Assembly (NCBI GenBank): GCA_037447605.1
Contig: CM074817.1
Location: 1,426,001 to 1,490,000 of the forward strand
DNA length: 64,000 bases
Source of the DNA: Zygnema circumcarinatum SAG 698-1b
Lineage: Eukaryota; Plantae; Zygnematophyceae
Direction: 5' to 3'
Shown: in pieces, positions 37,031-50,700 of the stretch
How positions within the stretch are numbered: position 1 is the stretch's first letter
Layout of the letters: every line of letters begins with the position of its first letter
The notes under the pieces: model-generated
The model's input: the letters and a program-made list of their open reading frames with translations, nothing else
What the model was told of the DNA's origin: nothing
The model's database searches: none
Position numbers and translations under genes: made by a program

Positions 37031-37835
37031 TTTTTTATTCGTCGTTTTCTCGCCTCTCGTACTTCCGCAAGACCCTTCCCTTGGTTTTTTTTAATACTCT
37101 CGGACTGGCTTTGATCCGTCCCTGCTCCCTCCCATCTTCCAAAATTATTCAGAAGTGAAATTTGCGGCCGCAGCTTGGTCTATATCCGGAGGAGGGAAAG
37201 CTCCGCGGGGATGTTTTTTGAGCCTCTGCCTCCCTCACACCTCACAAGAGGATGAAAACTACGACAGAAACTCAGTCACTGGAATGTAAATGCGTGTCAT
37301 ATATACTTTTTTGAATCCTCCATCAAAGAAATGCAAGAAACAAGAAACATACCATTCAGGCCATCCATATTTCACTGCTACAAGCGGCCGCTTCATACCT
37401 TATAAGCACTATTCTCACTTCCACTTCTTCTCTCTATTTTAACTCGTTAGATCTCATTCAACATTTTCCGCCTATGGATCAATGTGTAGTCCAGATGAGG
37501 AATAGCTCCACATTTATCATTTCTTCCTAAAGAAATAGTCGAAAACGTATCCTTTATAAAGGTACGAGATGGCACAGCAGCCAAAGCAGCAATTCACTTC
37601 AAAGAAAGTATCACTCCAATCGATTCCCTAGCCATCTTCCTACATTCTAAGGGCCAAAAGCTAGCAGCTTGTGGGGTATAATCGTAAGTCAGATAGGAGG
37701 AACATTCAGATAGAACCATTAAGAGACACATCACCCTTCAAAAGCTTCAACGTAAGCTCCGAAAGGGTGAGTTGAGGGGATGAACGAGAGGGAGAGAAGG
37801 GGAGGAGTAAAACTGCTTTCTGTATGACAATAACC

Positions 37836-40800
37836 CTAATACCCATGATGCGGCGGCGCCTGATTTCGCCCCACATGAGCTGGATGATGGTAATGATGCC
37901 CTTGACGCATCAACTCCTCCGCAGCACTATAGCTCACTATTCCTCTTGGATCTATATGTGGGGCCCACCCTTGAAACCCCACACCTGGCATGCCCACATT
38001 TAATGCCATACTTAGCCTGCCTACAACCGTTCCATGTGGAGGGTATCCTAAGTTAAACTCGTGCCCCATCTCCTCCTCCCCACTTCGGACAAGACCACTC
38101 CCTCCACCCCCTCCCATGTTGCCTGCTTCACTGTGATCTCTCTCCCATCCTCCCTCCACGTGGCCCCCAGGCCGTCTCCCATCGTCGTGTCCCCCCAAAC
38201 CCACATGAAACGACCCCCCTCTCTCTATCGTGCTATCAAGGCCAACACTTTGGCTCCTTTCAACGTGAGAATCGCCATCAGCATAGCCCATATGTGATCC
38301 TGCCACTAGGTTAGAGTTTAGGTTATGCCCCTCTAGTCTCTCCAGTTCAACATTGGGTGCAGCTTCCATCCGCAGCATGTTTCCACCAGCAACATCACTC
38401 GGGGAGGGCCCTTGCCCTGCAAAAAAGTTGGGAACAGGAGGACGGCAATCATCCGACACTCGTGATTCAAAGACTACCATTCCATTAATCCCAATCAGTT
38501 GACCTCCAGAAGAAGGTCTCGTTTTAGCTCGCCTCTTCGCTTCTCTTGCACCCTCCCTTTCCTTGGCTGACATGGACAACCTTTTCACCTTCTCCTTCTT
38601 CACCTTCTCATGTGCCTTTCCCCTTCCTCCAGCCCATACACCCCCACCTTCACTACCCATCTGCCTCCCTGATCTCCCTCCAACCCTATCCATGGCTCGC
38701 CTCTGGGGTCCTCCCATTCCCTGGAAATGTACATTTCTCTCTGTTTCACCTCTGTCGGCCATGGCTTCTTTATCCTCATCAAAGTTCCTAATTCCCTCGC
38801 TTGGACCCTCTCCTGCCATCCTCATTACCATTCTCCTTACGTTAAGCTGCCCCCCATTCACCACCTCCTCACCAGTTAGTGCCACCCCTCTCTCCACTCC
38901 CGCAGGCTGCCTTATTCCACTCTGCTGCTCATCCCTATCCACCCCTCTCCCGTCTCGCTCTCCCTTCACTTCTACCTCCTTTACGCCTGCGTCTGCTTCC
39001 AAATCTCCCCCCATCATTCCCAACTCATCTTGCTCCATCCACATGCCACCGGTGCTAACTGCCCCATATTTCATTCTCTTTCTTTTCCCCTCGTCCTTTC
39101 CCTCAATAGGTTCTCTCAGATTCCTCTTCGATAATGTCATTTGAGCCTCACCATCTTCAATGGGCAACACATAACTTGGCCCATAGCCCTCTCCAGTCTC
39201 ATTTATCAAGCTGCCTCCCATCACTCCCTCTCCCACCTTTCCTCTGCTTCCCTTACCTCGTCCATTACCTTTGCCTCTTCCACCAGAAAAACCTCGCACT
39301 CCACTCACACCTCGTTTTCTTGTTCCTCCTCTCGCTAAAGAAACATTGCCTTCCGCCATCACTTCATCATCAGCCAAACTGCTACTTAAGCATTCTACTC
39401 CGTCACTTTCCTCTGAATCAGACATGAGGTCAAGGGATGCAACATCCATAGCAGTCAGCTGCTTGGATGAATCTTTGCGCAAAGCAAGGACCTTTGCCAC
39501 CATTCCTTGATACTTTAAAGGTTTCTTGCCATTCATCGCAGTAGAGCCATTACGCAGTTCTGCAGCTTCTATAGTGGGGTCCTTAAGGCCAAAGTTTTTC
39601 AGTGTGGTTCGAAGCAGGAAAAGTTCTTCTTCCTTAGACTTCAAAGCTTCACGAAGTTCGTCACGGTTTCTCTGCACATCCCTGCAGAGCATAAACCAGT
39701 TGCAAGAACAGAAACACTATAAGTAGTGAACTTCACTGACTGAGGATAAATCCTGCAACTACTACCACCTGTCAGTGATAGACCCCACAAAAAGAAATGC
39801 TCCTTCATTACTTTCCCGACAGTGACTTGCCATAAACGCCCTCACATTCCCACAACAGGCACCCATCAATTTTTTGTCATAACCACTTTATCCTCCCAAC
39901 TGATGGGGCCTCACAAGCAGTGGCATACTGATTTGTAGCGAACCAACTCACAAGTGAATAAAGTCAAACGAAAATGAGGTCACTTCACCTTGCCTTCCGA
40001 CAGTCCTGAGCATGCAGCTCCATATCTACCGCGTTGCGACCAACACGCGAAAATGTTTCCCAGCTCACAAACATGACTGGCCTCTTGATCGTACTCGGAT
40101 CCGCCTAAACCATAAATCACCCAGCCCAATGCATCACACATTTGTCAAACTGATTCCTCTTGCATTTACGATATCAAGTAATCCAAATGGCATCCATAGC
40201 AAAGACCTTTCAAACTGGTTCCATGCTTCAAACCTGTAGTCTCCTGAACACCAACGACTTCTATTTCTGAGGGTAATTGAAGTAGTTAACAATGCCAATA
40301 GCTTGTTTAATAGCGGCGTCAAACATGCTTGCTTAGACCTCTGCATAGCCTTACCAACTTGCTTTTCGAATTGTTCGCATCAGGGCTGCTCCCTTCCACT
40401 GAAGGGCCTCCCTCATCCAAAGAAATCCATTCCTCTCCATCTTTGCTTTTGGGGCCCCTTCTCCTCTTCCCACAACCGTCCGGTGCCAATACCATCACTT
40501 TGGGCACTCCTTTCAGCTTCTCAACATCGCCTGAGGTGAAGGCAGTAGCTACGGTCTTCGTATTGCTAGCCAATTCTTGTTCCAAAAGGGATGTATTTTC
40601 CATCCTAGTTTCCTCCAGTCGCACTATGGCAGCTTGGCAGCTGCTGCACAGATTAGGAAGAAGCTCTCGCAAGGACACTTGATTAGACACTGATGGAACA
40701 GCAGGTTTCCTAATGGGTTGCTTTTGAGGCTTCTGTTGAATGCTTTGTGAGGAGGGAGGAACAGGCTCCTTCCATTCTGACGCATTTGCAGTTGGTGTAG

Positions 40801-42154
40801 ATGCAGGGGTGTAGAGTTGGGGAGAACCGCCAGATTGCGAATAAGGAGGGTAAGGAAATGAATTCCCTGCATTCACATGTGGGTGGGAAGGTAAAGAAGG
40901 AGGTGTGACATATGTGGGATAAGTGGCTGATCCAGGTGGGGGATTCGCTGAATACCATGGCCAATATGCTCGACCTGATGATTGTACGGCTTTGGCTTGC
41001 TCAGTAGGATTCAACTGCCCGGATGAACCCTCCAGAGCAGGACCAACTTGTCGATCAGAGTCTGAGAATTGTTCAACTGGAGGTGCAGCAGGAAAATCTT
41101 CTGCTGAGTGATGTGTACGCTGTTCGGGCAAGATACTTTGCTGTCTGCCGGATAAGTCCAGAGTTTCCTGTTGCTCATCAAGAGGTACGTGTAGCTGCAA
41201 CAGACTACGCATGGATCCTTGCTGATGAAACGTTGTGGGTTGCACCGGAAACGACTGCAGCATCTCCTGGGTATCAGACACATTGCAGGAGGAAGGCTCC
41301 GTAGTCCCAGTAGATTCCGAAGGAGGAATTACTGCGTTGTTGCTACCAATTGGAGCTTTCAGGTGCAGTCCAGCATTTACTTGTTCTGCAAGTCCAATTC
41401 TATACTCAGTCTCTGCAGCGACTTTTGGCGACCGTGCTTCCTCTTCTACGTTTCCTACGATCCTACTAGATATGGAAGAGTACACAGGCTCCTCTACACT
41501 GGGTTCCTCCCCTTGACTAGTCGAAAGTGAATAAGCTTCTTTCTGCTGCTGCAGCTCCGGCGGCTGCTGCTGTTCCTGTTGTTGCTGCATCATGCCCCAA
41601 TACACATTAGCGCCTTGCACAGCACCATCACTTTCGGCTAATTTCACGCCAACATGTGGAGTCCACATTTGCGAGTGATTCTCTCCACCTGCCCCTGATC
41701 TCTCTTGGGAGGATTCATACACTGCATTCTCGGCCTCAACACGGTCAACACGGTCTCTGCTTTCCTGCAATTCCCGTCTGCTTTCTCCACTCGCGCCTTC
41801 TAGATCACCTTCAAAATTGTCATGTCTGCAGGGCTCTCCTGCTGTCTCCTGATCCGCGCATGCAATAACGGCTGCCTGTTCTGTGGCTTGATTCTCATCA
41901 TTCTCCAACTCATCTCCCTGCTGCTCTTCGTCCTCCCTTGTCTGCAAGGAGCCGTCTCCTTCGTCCACTTTTTCCAACCTCATATTCGCCTGGTACATCT
42001 CAACAACCTCTAAGTCTTTCACCACTGAAGTTCCCTCTTTAAATTCAGGAAAGCTCTCACTATCAGAGCGTACTGGGGCTGCAAAATCGCCATCTGTGCC
42101 AACGCTGAGATCTTTCACGGCAGACACGCACTCTGCCGGTGCTTCGATCATCAT
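37836..42154 (-). CDS. Large unknown protein (~1,270 aa): acidic/Q/P-rich disordered N-half, short folded core, coiled coil, Gly/basic C-half
   Basis: Two long ORFs (611 and 618 aa) can be joined by two small exons: ...LVRLCR|GDYRFEAWNQFERSLLWMPFGLLDI|ADPSTIKRPVMFVSWETFSRVGRNAVDMELHAQDCRKAR|DVQRNRDELREALK. The junctions and start codon are inferred. Confidence 0.65.
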
Positions 42155-42573
42155 GAAAGAAATGTCTGCAATGCTTAGAAGTTATGGAGGTGCGCAGTTT
42201 CGCCAGGATCGAAACGATTGTCCTTGTTTCGCCAGCGAAACAAGGACAATCGTTGAGGCCTCTTCAAGGAAAACAATTCAGGATGTTATCCATTGATGTC
42301 GTCTAAGAATATGTAGGGAACCCGAACCTTGAATAGGGATTAACTTGACAGTGAAGGCGGCTTATAGAGAGCAGATCACTGCCTGCTTGGAAGTGCATCT
42401 CATTGCGCCCGAACCCGAGCGAGCTCTTGACTAAAAGGTCATACTCCTCCCAACCTCCTGCTTGCATTTCTATATTGCATACCACATCGTATGATGAGCT
42501 GAATCATTAAGAGCTGTGACTCGGAGCACGCAGCCGATCACGAGCGCGAGCGATGCTCTCTTAAGACACAAAC

Positions 42574-42623
42574 AAACCTAACCCTAATTCTAACCCTAAC
42601 CCTAATCCTAACCCTACCCCTAA
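42574..42623 (-). repeat. Telomere-like (CCCTAA)n array upstream of the large unknown gene
   Basis: aaacctaaccctaattctaaccctaaccctaatcctaaccctacccctaa. Confidence 0.65.
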
Positions 42624-43315
42624 TTTTCAACTTTGGGATACAGTAGCTCTGACGACAGGACAGGGCAGTACAGTACCTGGTACTGCAGGCTACTACTCAC
42701 TGACCAGCTAAACATTTTCTAACTGCCCAAAATCGCCAGATCCCACGTGTCGTGCCGTGAGTAGTTGATGAAATTTTCAGGACAGCTGCCTGAAAGAAGC
42801 GAAGTGGTACGGTAAATGGCATGACCAGATCCATCTGCACCCGTGCTCTGGCTCGCCAGAAACCCACCAGATTTCAACGTAAGGTTGCACAATACGGTCC
42901 GTACCATACGGTAGTCATGAATCACGGTGCAACCTGCCACTACGTGTATTACTGGAAAACGCTACATAGAACAACAGAACTGGTCGAATCTCAGTTTCTC
43001 ACATGGAACATGCCACACCTTTAGCCACGTGGCAGAGCTCGCTGGAAGAGCCACCCCGTCAGCATTGCCACGTGGCAGGCCCCCAGTGATCCTGAAAGCT
43101 CGCCACCGACATTCAAATGTACGGATGTGCTTGGGGCTCTTCATTCCTTGTCAGCGGCTGCGCGCGTCCGCAGCCGTCCGATCCGCTCGAGGGGGCGTTC
43201 TCAGCCGTTGGATTGGCGGTCCATTGCGGTCCTGGGGAGTCAAGATCCGTGCCGCCGACTGACTGTGGCGAGCCTCCGAGGGTCCAACACTGCACGAGCG
43301 CACTTGCAGGCGCAT

Positions 43316-43753
43316 GGAGGGAGGGAGAGAGGGAGGGAGAGAGGGAGGGAGGGAGGGAGAGGAGGGAGAGAGGGAGGGAGAGGAGGGAGAGGAGGGAGAG
43401 GAGGGGACGGAGATAGGGAGGAAAGCAGGGGAGGGAGAGAGGGAGGGAGTGAAGGAGGGGAGGGAGAAGAGGGAAGGGAGAGAAGGAGGAAAGGAGGAGG
43501 GGACGGAGAGAGGGAGGGAGAGGAGGGAGAGGAGGGGACGGAGATATGGAGGCAAGGAGGAGGGGAGGGAGATAGGGAGGGAGAGAGGGAGGGAGTGAAG
43601 GAGGAGAGGGAGAGGAGGGAAGGGAGAGAAGGTGGAAAGGAGGGGAGGGAGAGAGGGAGGGAGAGAAGGAGGGAGAGAAGGAGGGAGAGAAGGAGGAGGG
43701 GAGGGAGGAGGGAAGGAGGGAAGGAGGGAGGTAAGGAGAGGGGGGAAGGAGAG
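43316..43753 (+). repeat. ~440-bp purine (GGA/GAGG) tract immediately upstream of the lipase ATG
   Basis: Almost pure G/A with internal direct repeats (GAGGGGACGGAGA x3). Confidence 0.9.
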
Positions 43754-44782
43754 ATGGATGTGGTGGCGCTTGCAGCCATGGGCAGCGCCACGGGGGCGTG
43801 TCTGGCCTGGCAGGGGAGGAGGCTCCTGCGGGAGGGCGCGCAGGACAGCAAAGGATGGCCGCCGGCGCCACCGCAGGACCTGGATGACCTGCTCCACTAC
43901 GCCCGCCTCGTGCAGGTTGGCGCTCGCCCGTCTTTGCAGTGTATCTTCTCGCACAAGTTCAATTTTCTGTATTTATAAAATCAGCAAACGCTAGCAGTTA
44001 CAATGAGTTTTTTTTTAGGCAAAAGAAATTCCTCTACGATAAGGTAGATGATTGAGTCGATGATTTCAAGTTTACCTGAAACTTCATAGTTTTAAACAGG
44101 TTGAACAGAAATGAGAGCACCATCCTGAAGTTACAGGGACATAAATGCAAGTAAAAGGAAACAAAAAATAAAACCTACTTGCGATCGTTTAGAAGTTTAG
44201 TAAAAAGATGATAATTATCATTCAAGGACAAAAGGAGATTTTAAGAGATGGTGGCCAAAAATATCTTTGAGAAACCGAAAGAAATTGATATTTTAGAGAA
44301 TGGAAATAAGGAATTGACTCGTTCTCAAGGATGAATAGTTGGGGTAACATGGGGATAGCTCTTATGCTTTTCACTTTCTACTAAAATACAACAGATGATA
44401 TGGTCTGTCGGGGAAGGTGAAGTCAACCACGACCTTACTGAAGGTTCCCCCGACTCGAATTCAAATTTCTTCACATTCACCAGTTTGTCTCGTTCGCGTC
44501 ATTAAAGAGAAAAATTGCACAATTGCTTACTGTACTTTGCAGGGAGCGTATGAGCGTACTTTAGACAGACTCGCAGAGCGTGTTCCTTACATGGACGTGA
44601 ATGACGTTGTAGAGTTCAGTAATCATCCGGAGGGGAGTTCAGAAGAAGCGATGTGTCCACCTCACTTCATTTACTCCGATCATCGACGGCGGGAAGTGGT
44701 TGTTGGCATCCGTGGAATGCGTCTTGGCTGTCCAACAGGTGTAGCCAGGGCGTGTACCTCCCCTTTGTGCGTATGTAAGAGT

Positions 44783-44839
<57 letters not shown>

Positions 44840-47145
44840 GTTGCTCAGCGTGGAGTGTCAACCTTAAAGTATTTGCTGCAAGTGTTTTTCTAATGTTCAA
44901 AATGCAAAAGCATCATGGTCAGTGTTTTGAGTCGTGAGCATTGTTGTGGTCCTGCTTCAGTAGTCGAGTGGTTGTGTCACGAGTCTCCTTTCCTTTTTGC
45001 TATTCCTGACTTTACCGAACTTCTTCTCACGTGTTATAATGTGTACCAGTGCATTGGGGCTTTGTTTGAAGAAGAGACGCATGCTTGTCTACAGATAAGC
45101 TGTATCTCTGACCCTTGAATACGAAAAACTCAGAAAACTATTCTCATCAGTAATGCAATTTCGAACATGCAGATTATCGAACCCTTCTTTCCAATCGACG
45201 AGGAGATCAACGGTTCTTAGATGGCTTTGTTCACCGCGGCATATATGGTGCTGCTCAGTGGCTGTCTGAGCAGAAGGTTGCCTCCCTTAAGGAGCTACTT
45301 GCGGAGAATGAAGGGTATGGGCTGACAATAGTCGGCCATAGTCTCGGCGCAGGGGTAGCAGCTATGCTTGCAGTGATACTCTCTGAAAGAGGGGAGGAGT
45401 TACTCGACTTACCAAGACAGAAATTGAAATGTTTTGCATATGCACCACCAAGGATCATGTCACTCAATCTTGCTGTACGGTATTCTGATGTTATTCGAGG
45501 TATCGTTCTGCAGGTCAGACTGCAATACTGTCCCTCTCTCACCCAAAAAAAAAAAAATTAGATATAGTGATCGGCAGGGTTCCTTTTTGCTTCATCTGAC
45601 ATTTGATAACTGATGGTTGCATGAATGGCTTATAAGAACGAGGCTGAACGGCAATCTCGGAGGAATTGGTAGAGAGAAAGTGATAGATTTGACTGGAAGA
45701 CATTTTTTCTGTCAAAATTGAGCCGTCAATTCCTGATTCATGTCGTTTTAATGTCCTTTGTTGCTCCACCCTTATGTGGTTTGGATTGCATCAAGTGAAT
45801 TTCATGTCAAGCAGAGATTCATTCAACCTTAGAAAACTGATGTTGCTCTGCAATGCTAAGCTCTGCAGGACGACTTTTGGCCGCGAGTTTCAACTTCAAT
45901 GGTTGCCAAGATTTTTATCAGCTCCTTGTGCGGGTGAGGAAATGAATTGAACGAATTGTCATGGGGGAATTTTTCTTGTAGTCGGTGAACCTTATTTCTG
46001 CCTTTGGTTTTTCTTCAAGAACACTGAAATTTGTAAGCATGCAGTGTGATTGTGGGTGGTCAACAGGACGTCTCTTTATTCGGGCAATGTTGTCAATTTC
46101 GTGACATGAAGGCATAGCTGCCATCCATGTCTATTGTTCCAAGTCTTGACAGAAACCTTTTACCTGAAATTTTCAGGATTCAATTTGTGCTCTTCTTCCG
46201 GATGGTGAAAGATGTGCTCATTTCCGACAAACGGCGATTAGCCGATCTTAAGCGGCTCTACCCTCCAGGCGAGTTTTTGAGCTTTCCTTGACTATGGGTA
46301 TATGGGTTATCGTTAATTGCTGTTGTTTGCACGGTTGGTTATAAAGAAATTGCAGGAGAGATTGCATGAATCCCTGGATGCCCTCCCCTCCATGTTGTCT
46401 CTTTACTGAGCTTTGCATACAGGAGAGGAGAGGGAGTGCAGGGAGACTCTATCACATTGTTTGCCGTCAAGTTCATCGCTGCGCCATTTGCCCTTATCGA
46501 GTTGTCACAGCCAATCCCGACGGGGCACGCTTTGAGAAGGTACACATTGCTCCATTCTTAGACCTATAGTCAGTCTAATTCTGCAATCAGCTGCCATTAG
46601 TAATCAGTTCTTCGTTAAACTTTCTGTACGGTTAGAGGGAAGGGGGCTGGTGACTGTCAGCTTATGTGGTTGCAAGATTAAGAAATACCGTATACGTTAA
46701 TTTTTAGGCTTTTTACGGTTTGTTCTTGTGGATGGTGGGAATCCAATTCATGCCTAATGTCTTTAAGGAAATTACCTTGAAAGGAGCACGCAGTTTCCAA
46801 CATTTGCTCCATGGTCGTTCCTCTTTGTAGATGGTATTGAGCTTCCGTGCAACCTCAGATCATCACATTCGCAACTATGAAGCAGCTCTTGCTGAGGCAG
46901 TGGAGCATGCGGACTCCATTCAGGGCGAGGAACAAACTTCTTCCCCACAAAACTCTTTCCATGAAGATTTGGACTCCCAATCAGAAACCCTAACGACCCC
47001 GGAGCTTCAGTATGAGGGGGAACTCCAAGAGTCTCCCAACAAGGTTGTCATTCCTGAAACTCATCAAAGCTCTGCAAACAACTTTACTCACATTCGACAA
47101 CATTCTTCTTCATTCTTTGAGTATGTGTGTACACAAGAAGCATAA
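43754..47145 (+). CDS. Class 3 lipase (DAG-lipase-like alpha/beta hydrolase), multi-exon
   Basis: MDVVALAAMGSATG...; VVGIRG; GFVHRGIYGAA; nucleophile motif LTIVGHSLGAGVAA; CFAYAPP; Q|DDF; RLYPPG|RLYHIV; SDHHI. Confidence 0.9.
44784..44835 (+). repeat. (AG)n microsatellite in a lipase intron
   Basis: About 26 AG units. Confidence 0.92.
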
Positions 47146-47777
47146 TTTTGGAGAGACTGAATAGGTCGAGGGTCCTCCTCTTTTTTTCTATCATTCAGGT
47201 AACTTGCACGATCAGTTGAAACCCTTTTGTCAACGGAGGGGCTGTTCTGCACATCACTGCAGTAGAACGGAGAGGTTACAATTAGGTTTTAAGCTGCAAC
47301 CTTATTTTTTGCGTCTTAGCAGTGCACCAACAGGGTTCTGAGTCTTCTGACCAGTCCATTGATCGCCAAACAGGGAGAGTTTTGGTGGAGAAATAAAGGT
47401 TCCGGCTGACAAAAGAATTGTCAGACTGAAACTGAAAATGAAAGTAAATTTGCGGCACACGTGAGTTCCGCTCTACCGCTGATTAATTACGTTTTGTGGT
47501 GAACCAGTTCAATGCTGCCGAAACCCAGTTTTCTTAACAAAACAAAGGAAGGGACTTTGTTGAAACGATGGCGAAGGAGACATTTTTTGTCCGTAAAAAA
47601 ATTACAAATAGAGAAAACCTAACGCTTCTGTCTGTCGCTCTCTCCGTCCTAAGGACTCTGAATACTCATCAGCTAACCTTCACTGCTACTTTCACTGCAT
47701 ATGGAACGTACAAGCGATCCTCCCCTCAAGATAAATGGAAGCCCATCCTTTGGGGTTTATAATACAAACCTAGTTTC

Positions 47778-50700
47778 TCACGGGCACTCACTCTTTAGAA
47801 TACACACGTCAGCACGAGCAAGGGGTGACATCAGCAGACTCTCTCGACAGGTCTCATTCTTAACCTGCGCAACACAGAGCTCCTTGAACTTCCCTTTGGC
47901 CCTATTGGCAGCAGCCTTAGCACCCTTCCTTGCGTCCAACACAAAGCTCACTGCCCACCGCAGCATGTCTTCCAGGTCCCCCAAATCCTCTAATGTTAGC
48001 TCGATTTTTCGGGTATGAGTGAAATAGTTTTTGCACTTTTTGTCCCTCAGCATGCAAGCCCTTATGTTAGTGCCGCTGTAGAGGGTATCACGGGATTGGG
48101 GGGGTCCCTGCCGGCACTGATGCATCATGTGGGTTACTCCAGTAGCGGCGGATTTGTAAAGGTACATGGGATGGTATGTATGGTAAGGCATTAGTTCGAT
48201 GATGACTGACTCTGGTCGACCAAACGTGCCAGGATTAGTCAGTCCCGCGCCGTGAATTGAGAAGATAATGTCCGCTTCTTGGACTTCCCTGACTTGTTCA
48301 CTGAAAGAAATAGCTTCCATGAAGACCTCGTGGACCTGTAACAATGCAACATCAGCGACTTTTTTTGTATGTTTTTATGTCCGATAAAGAAGGCCTTTCT
48401 TTGAGGGCAGCTTAGACTGGATTCACGCATGTTCTTGTTCAGGATAGCAAAGCATTGCTGACATTCAGATGCACAGTACCTCGAGCGATAAGGAAGTCAT
48501 AAGCTTCTTGAGAGCAGCTGCACTTTCCGGCACAAGGCATCGGCGACCTGCGGTTTTGACAATGTTCCGACCGATCCAAAGGAGGCGAATGCCATCTTTT
48601 GAAATGTCCGGCTTGAGCTGCATTGTGTGCATAACCTTCCGAGTGAAGTCTTGGGCCATGGCGTAGTCCCCCGGATAGGAGACCGCCTGTCAAAAGCACA
48701 AAAAAACTCTTAAGCTGAAAAAGTTGCCCACTTTCTTATGCGCCTGCCAAACTTGCACACCAACTTGCAACACTGCAACTGGGAGGGGGGAGAGGGAGGG
48801 GGGAGGAGGGGAGGGGAGGAGGGGAGGGGGGAGGAGGGGAGGGGGAGGGGGAGAGGGAGGGGGAGGGGGAGGGGGAGGGGGAGGAGGGGGGAGGGGGAGG
48901 GGGAGGGGGAGAGGGAGGGGAGGGGGAGGGGGGAGGGGAGGGGGGGAGGGGAGGGGGGGAGGGGGGAGGAGGGGAGGGGGAGGGGGGAGGGGAGGGGGAG
49001 GGGGAGGGGGGAGGGGGGAGGGGGAGGAGGGAGGGGAGGGGAGGGGGAGGGGGAGGGGGAGAGGGAGGGGAGGGGAGGGAGGGGAGGGGGAGGGGGGAGG
49101 GGAGGTGGGGAGGGGGAGGGGGAGTGGGGAGGGGGGAGGGGAGGGGGGAGGGGGGAGGGGGAGGGGAGGGGGGAGGGGAGGGGGAGGGGGGAGGGGGGGG
49201 GGGAGGGGAGGGGGAGGGGGAGGGGGAGGGGGAGGGGGAGGGGGAGGGGGAGGAGGGGAGGGGGGAGGGGAGGGGGAGGGGGAGGGGAGGGGGAGGGGAG
49301 GGGGGAGGGGGAGAGGGAGGGAGGGGAGGGGAGGGGGAGGGGAGGGGAGGGGGAGGGGGAGTGGGGAGGGGGAGGGGGAGGGGAGGGGGAGGGGGAGGGG
49401 AGGGGGAGGGAGAGGGGAGGGGGAGGGGGGAGGGGGAGGGGAGGGGGAGGGGGAGGGGAGGGGGAGGGGGGAGGGGAGGGGGAGGGGTGGGGAGGGGGAG
49501 GGGGAGGGGGGAGGGAGAGGGGAGGGGGAGGGGAGGGGGAGGGGAGGGGGAGGGGAGGGGGGAGGGGGAGGGAGAGGGGAGGGGGAGGGACTTGCTCCCA
49601 TTCAGAAGGTTGGCGCACCTTCAACACGCCTGGATACACTAATCGCTCAAAGCAAATGGGCCTCTCCTCCGTGGCGTCATTATAGGCTTCCTCAAACTCT
49701 ATTCGGTCAAATGCCATGCTGTTATCCCCCATCAAGAGATGCTGCTGAGAACTCCAATATCGCGAATTCAGATCGCCGAAAAGTGGAACTGTCACCTGTT
49801 TGAGGAGGGTCCGTAGCAAGGTAATGTGAAAACCCTTCATTCCATTTTCACGCATTCTGCACATAAACAGACATTGGAGTGCCCATTGTCAGTCCGACAA
49901 CACATGGTCCTATTAGGCATCTGTGTCATTAACACTTCATTCTTCTTCGGAAAGTGAGCCGAGAAACACACCTATGGAGCATTGCAGGTGCTCGAGGCAG
50001 CAGGAAACGATGAACAGGTAGAGAGTAGCCCGGGTTGCTGCTGTTGTTGATGAGCAGAAGGTACATCACTCGCCCTGCACTGCACAGCGCACTGACCTCA
50101 TCAAATATGGAGCATTCGCCCCTTGCCTTCTGCCATCGCCCCCATGCCACTGAGGAGGGCCTTTGCTTTCGCCTTTGCTTTGAAGACGCACTCGCTAGAA
50201 GAAGAAGTAAGAAAGGAATGCAGAAGAGGGGGGAGTGAAAGACCCTTGGGAAAAGTGTCTACCGCTAGAGGAGTCAAGAGGGAAATCCCTTCGTTTGCAC
50301 TGTTTGATGAATGTGTTTTTTTCAACTACAGTGATAAAGGGAAAATAGCCTCCCATGGGACTACGCTCCATGCTAACGTTCCTTAGTAGGCAGCAGCGTA
50401 GAACTTCACGTATGCAATCAATCTTTCGTGAAAACAAGAACCTTTGAACTCAAGTTCAAAGGTTCTCAAGTTTCTAGCCTTTTCACATCCGCTTATTGCA
50501 TGTTTTCATGGTGCACTGTTTCTTGAAAATGACAACATAGGGACAATCAGAAGATGACAGGTAAAAAAACGACGACGAAATGTCACCAACACAATGACCA
50601 AAGAAATTCAAGAGTACACAATTTAAAGTTTCCCTATACCTTCGTTAAGGAATAGACTCTTCCAATTCTACAGGTTTCCGCTCTAAGCTGCTAAAACGAA

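Noticed and set aside
43113-43954. 200-280 aa Pro-rich or Gly/Arg/Glu-rich ORFs on both strands
   Set aside because: Artefacts of the purine tract; only the part from the ATG at 43754 belongs to the lipase.
48690-49864. Extensin-like or poly-Gly ORFs of 300-380 aa
   Set aside because: The tract lies in an intron whose removal restores the GT61 frame (VYP|GGLLSG). It is open in all frames simply because it cannot form stop codons.
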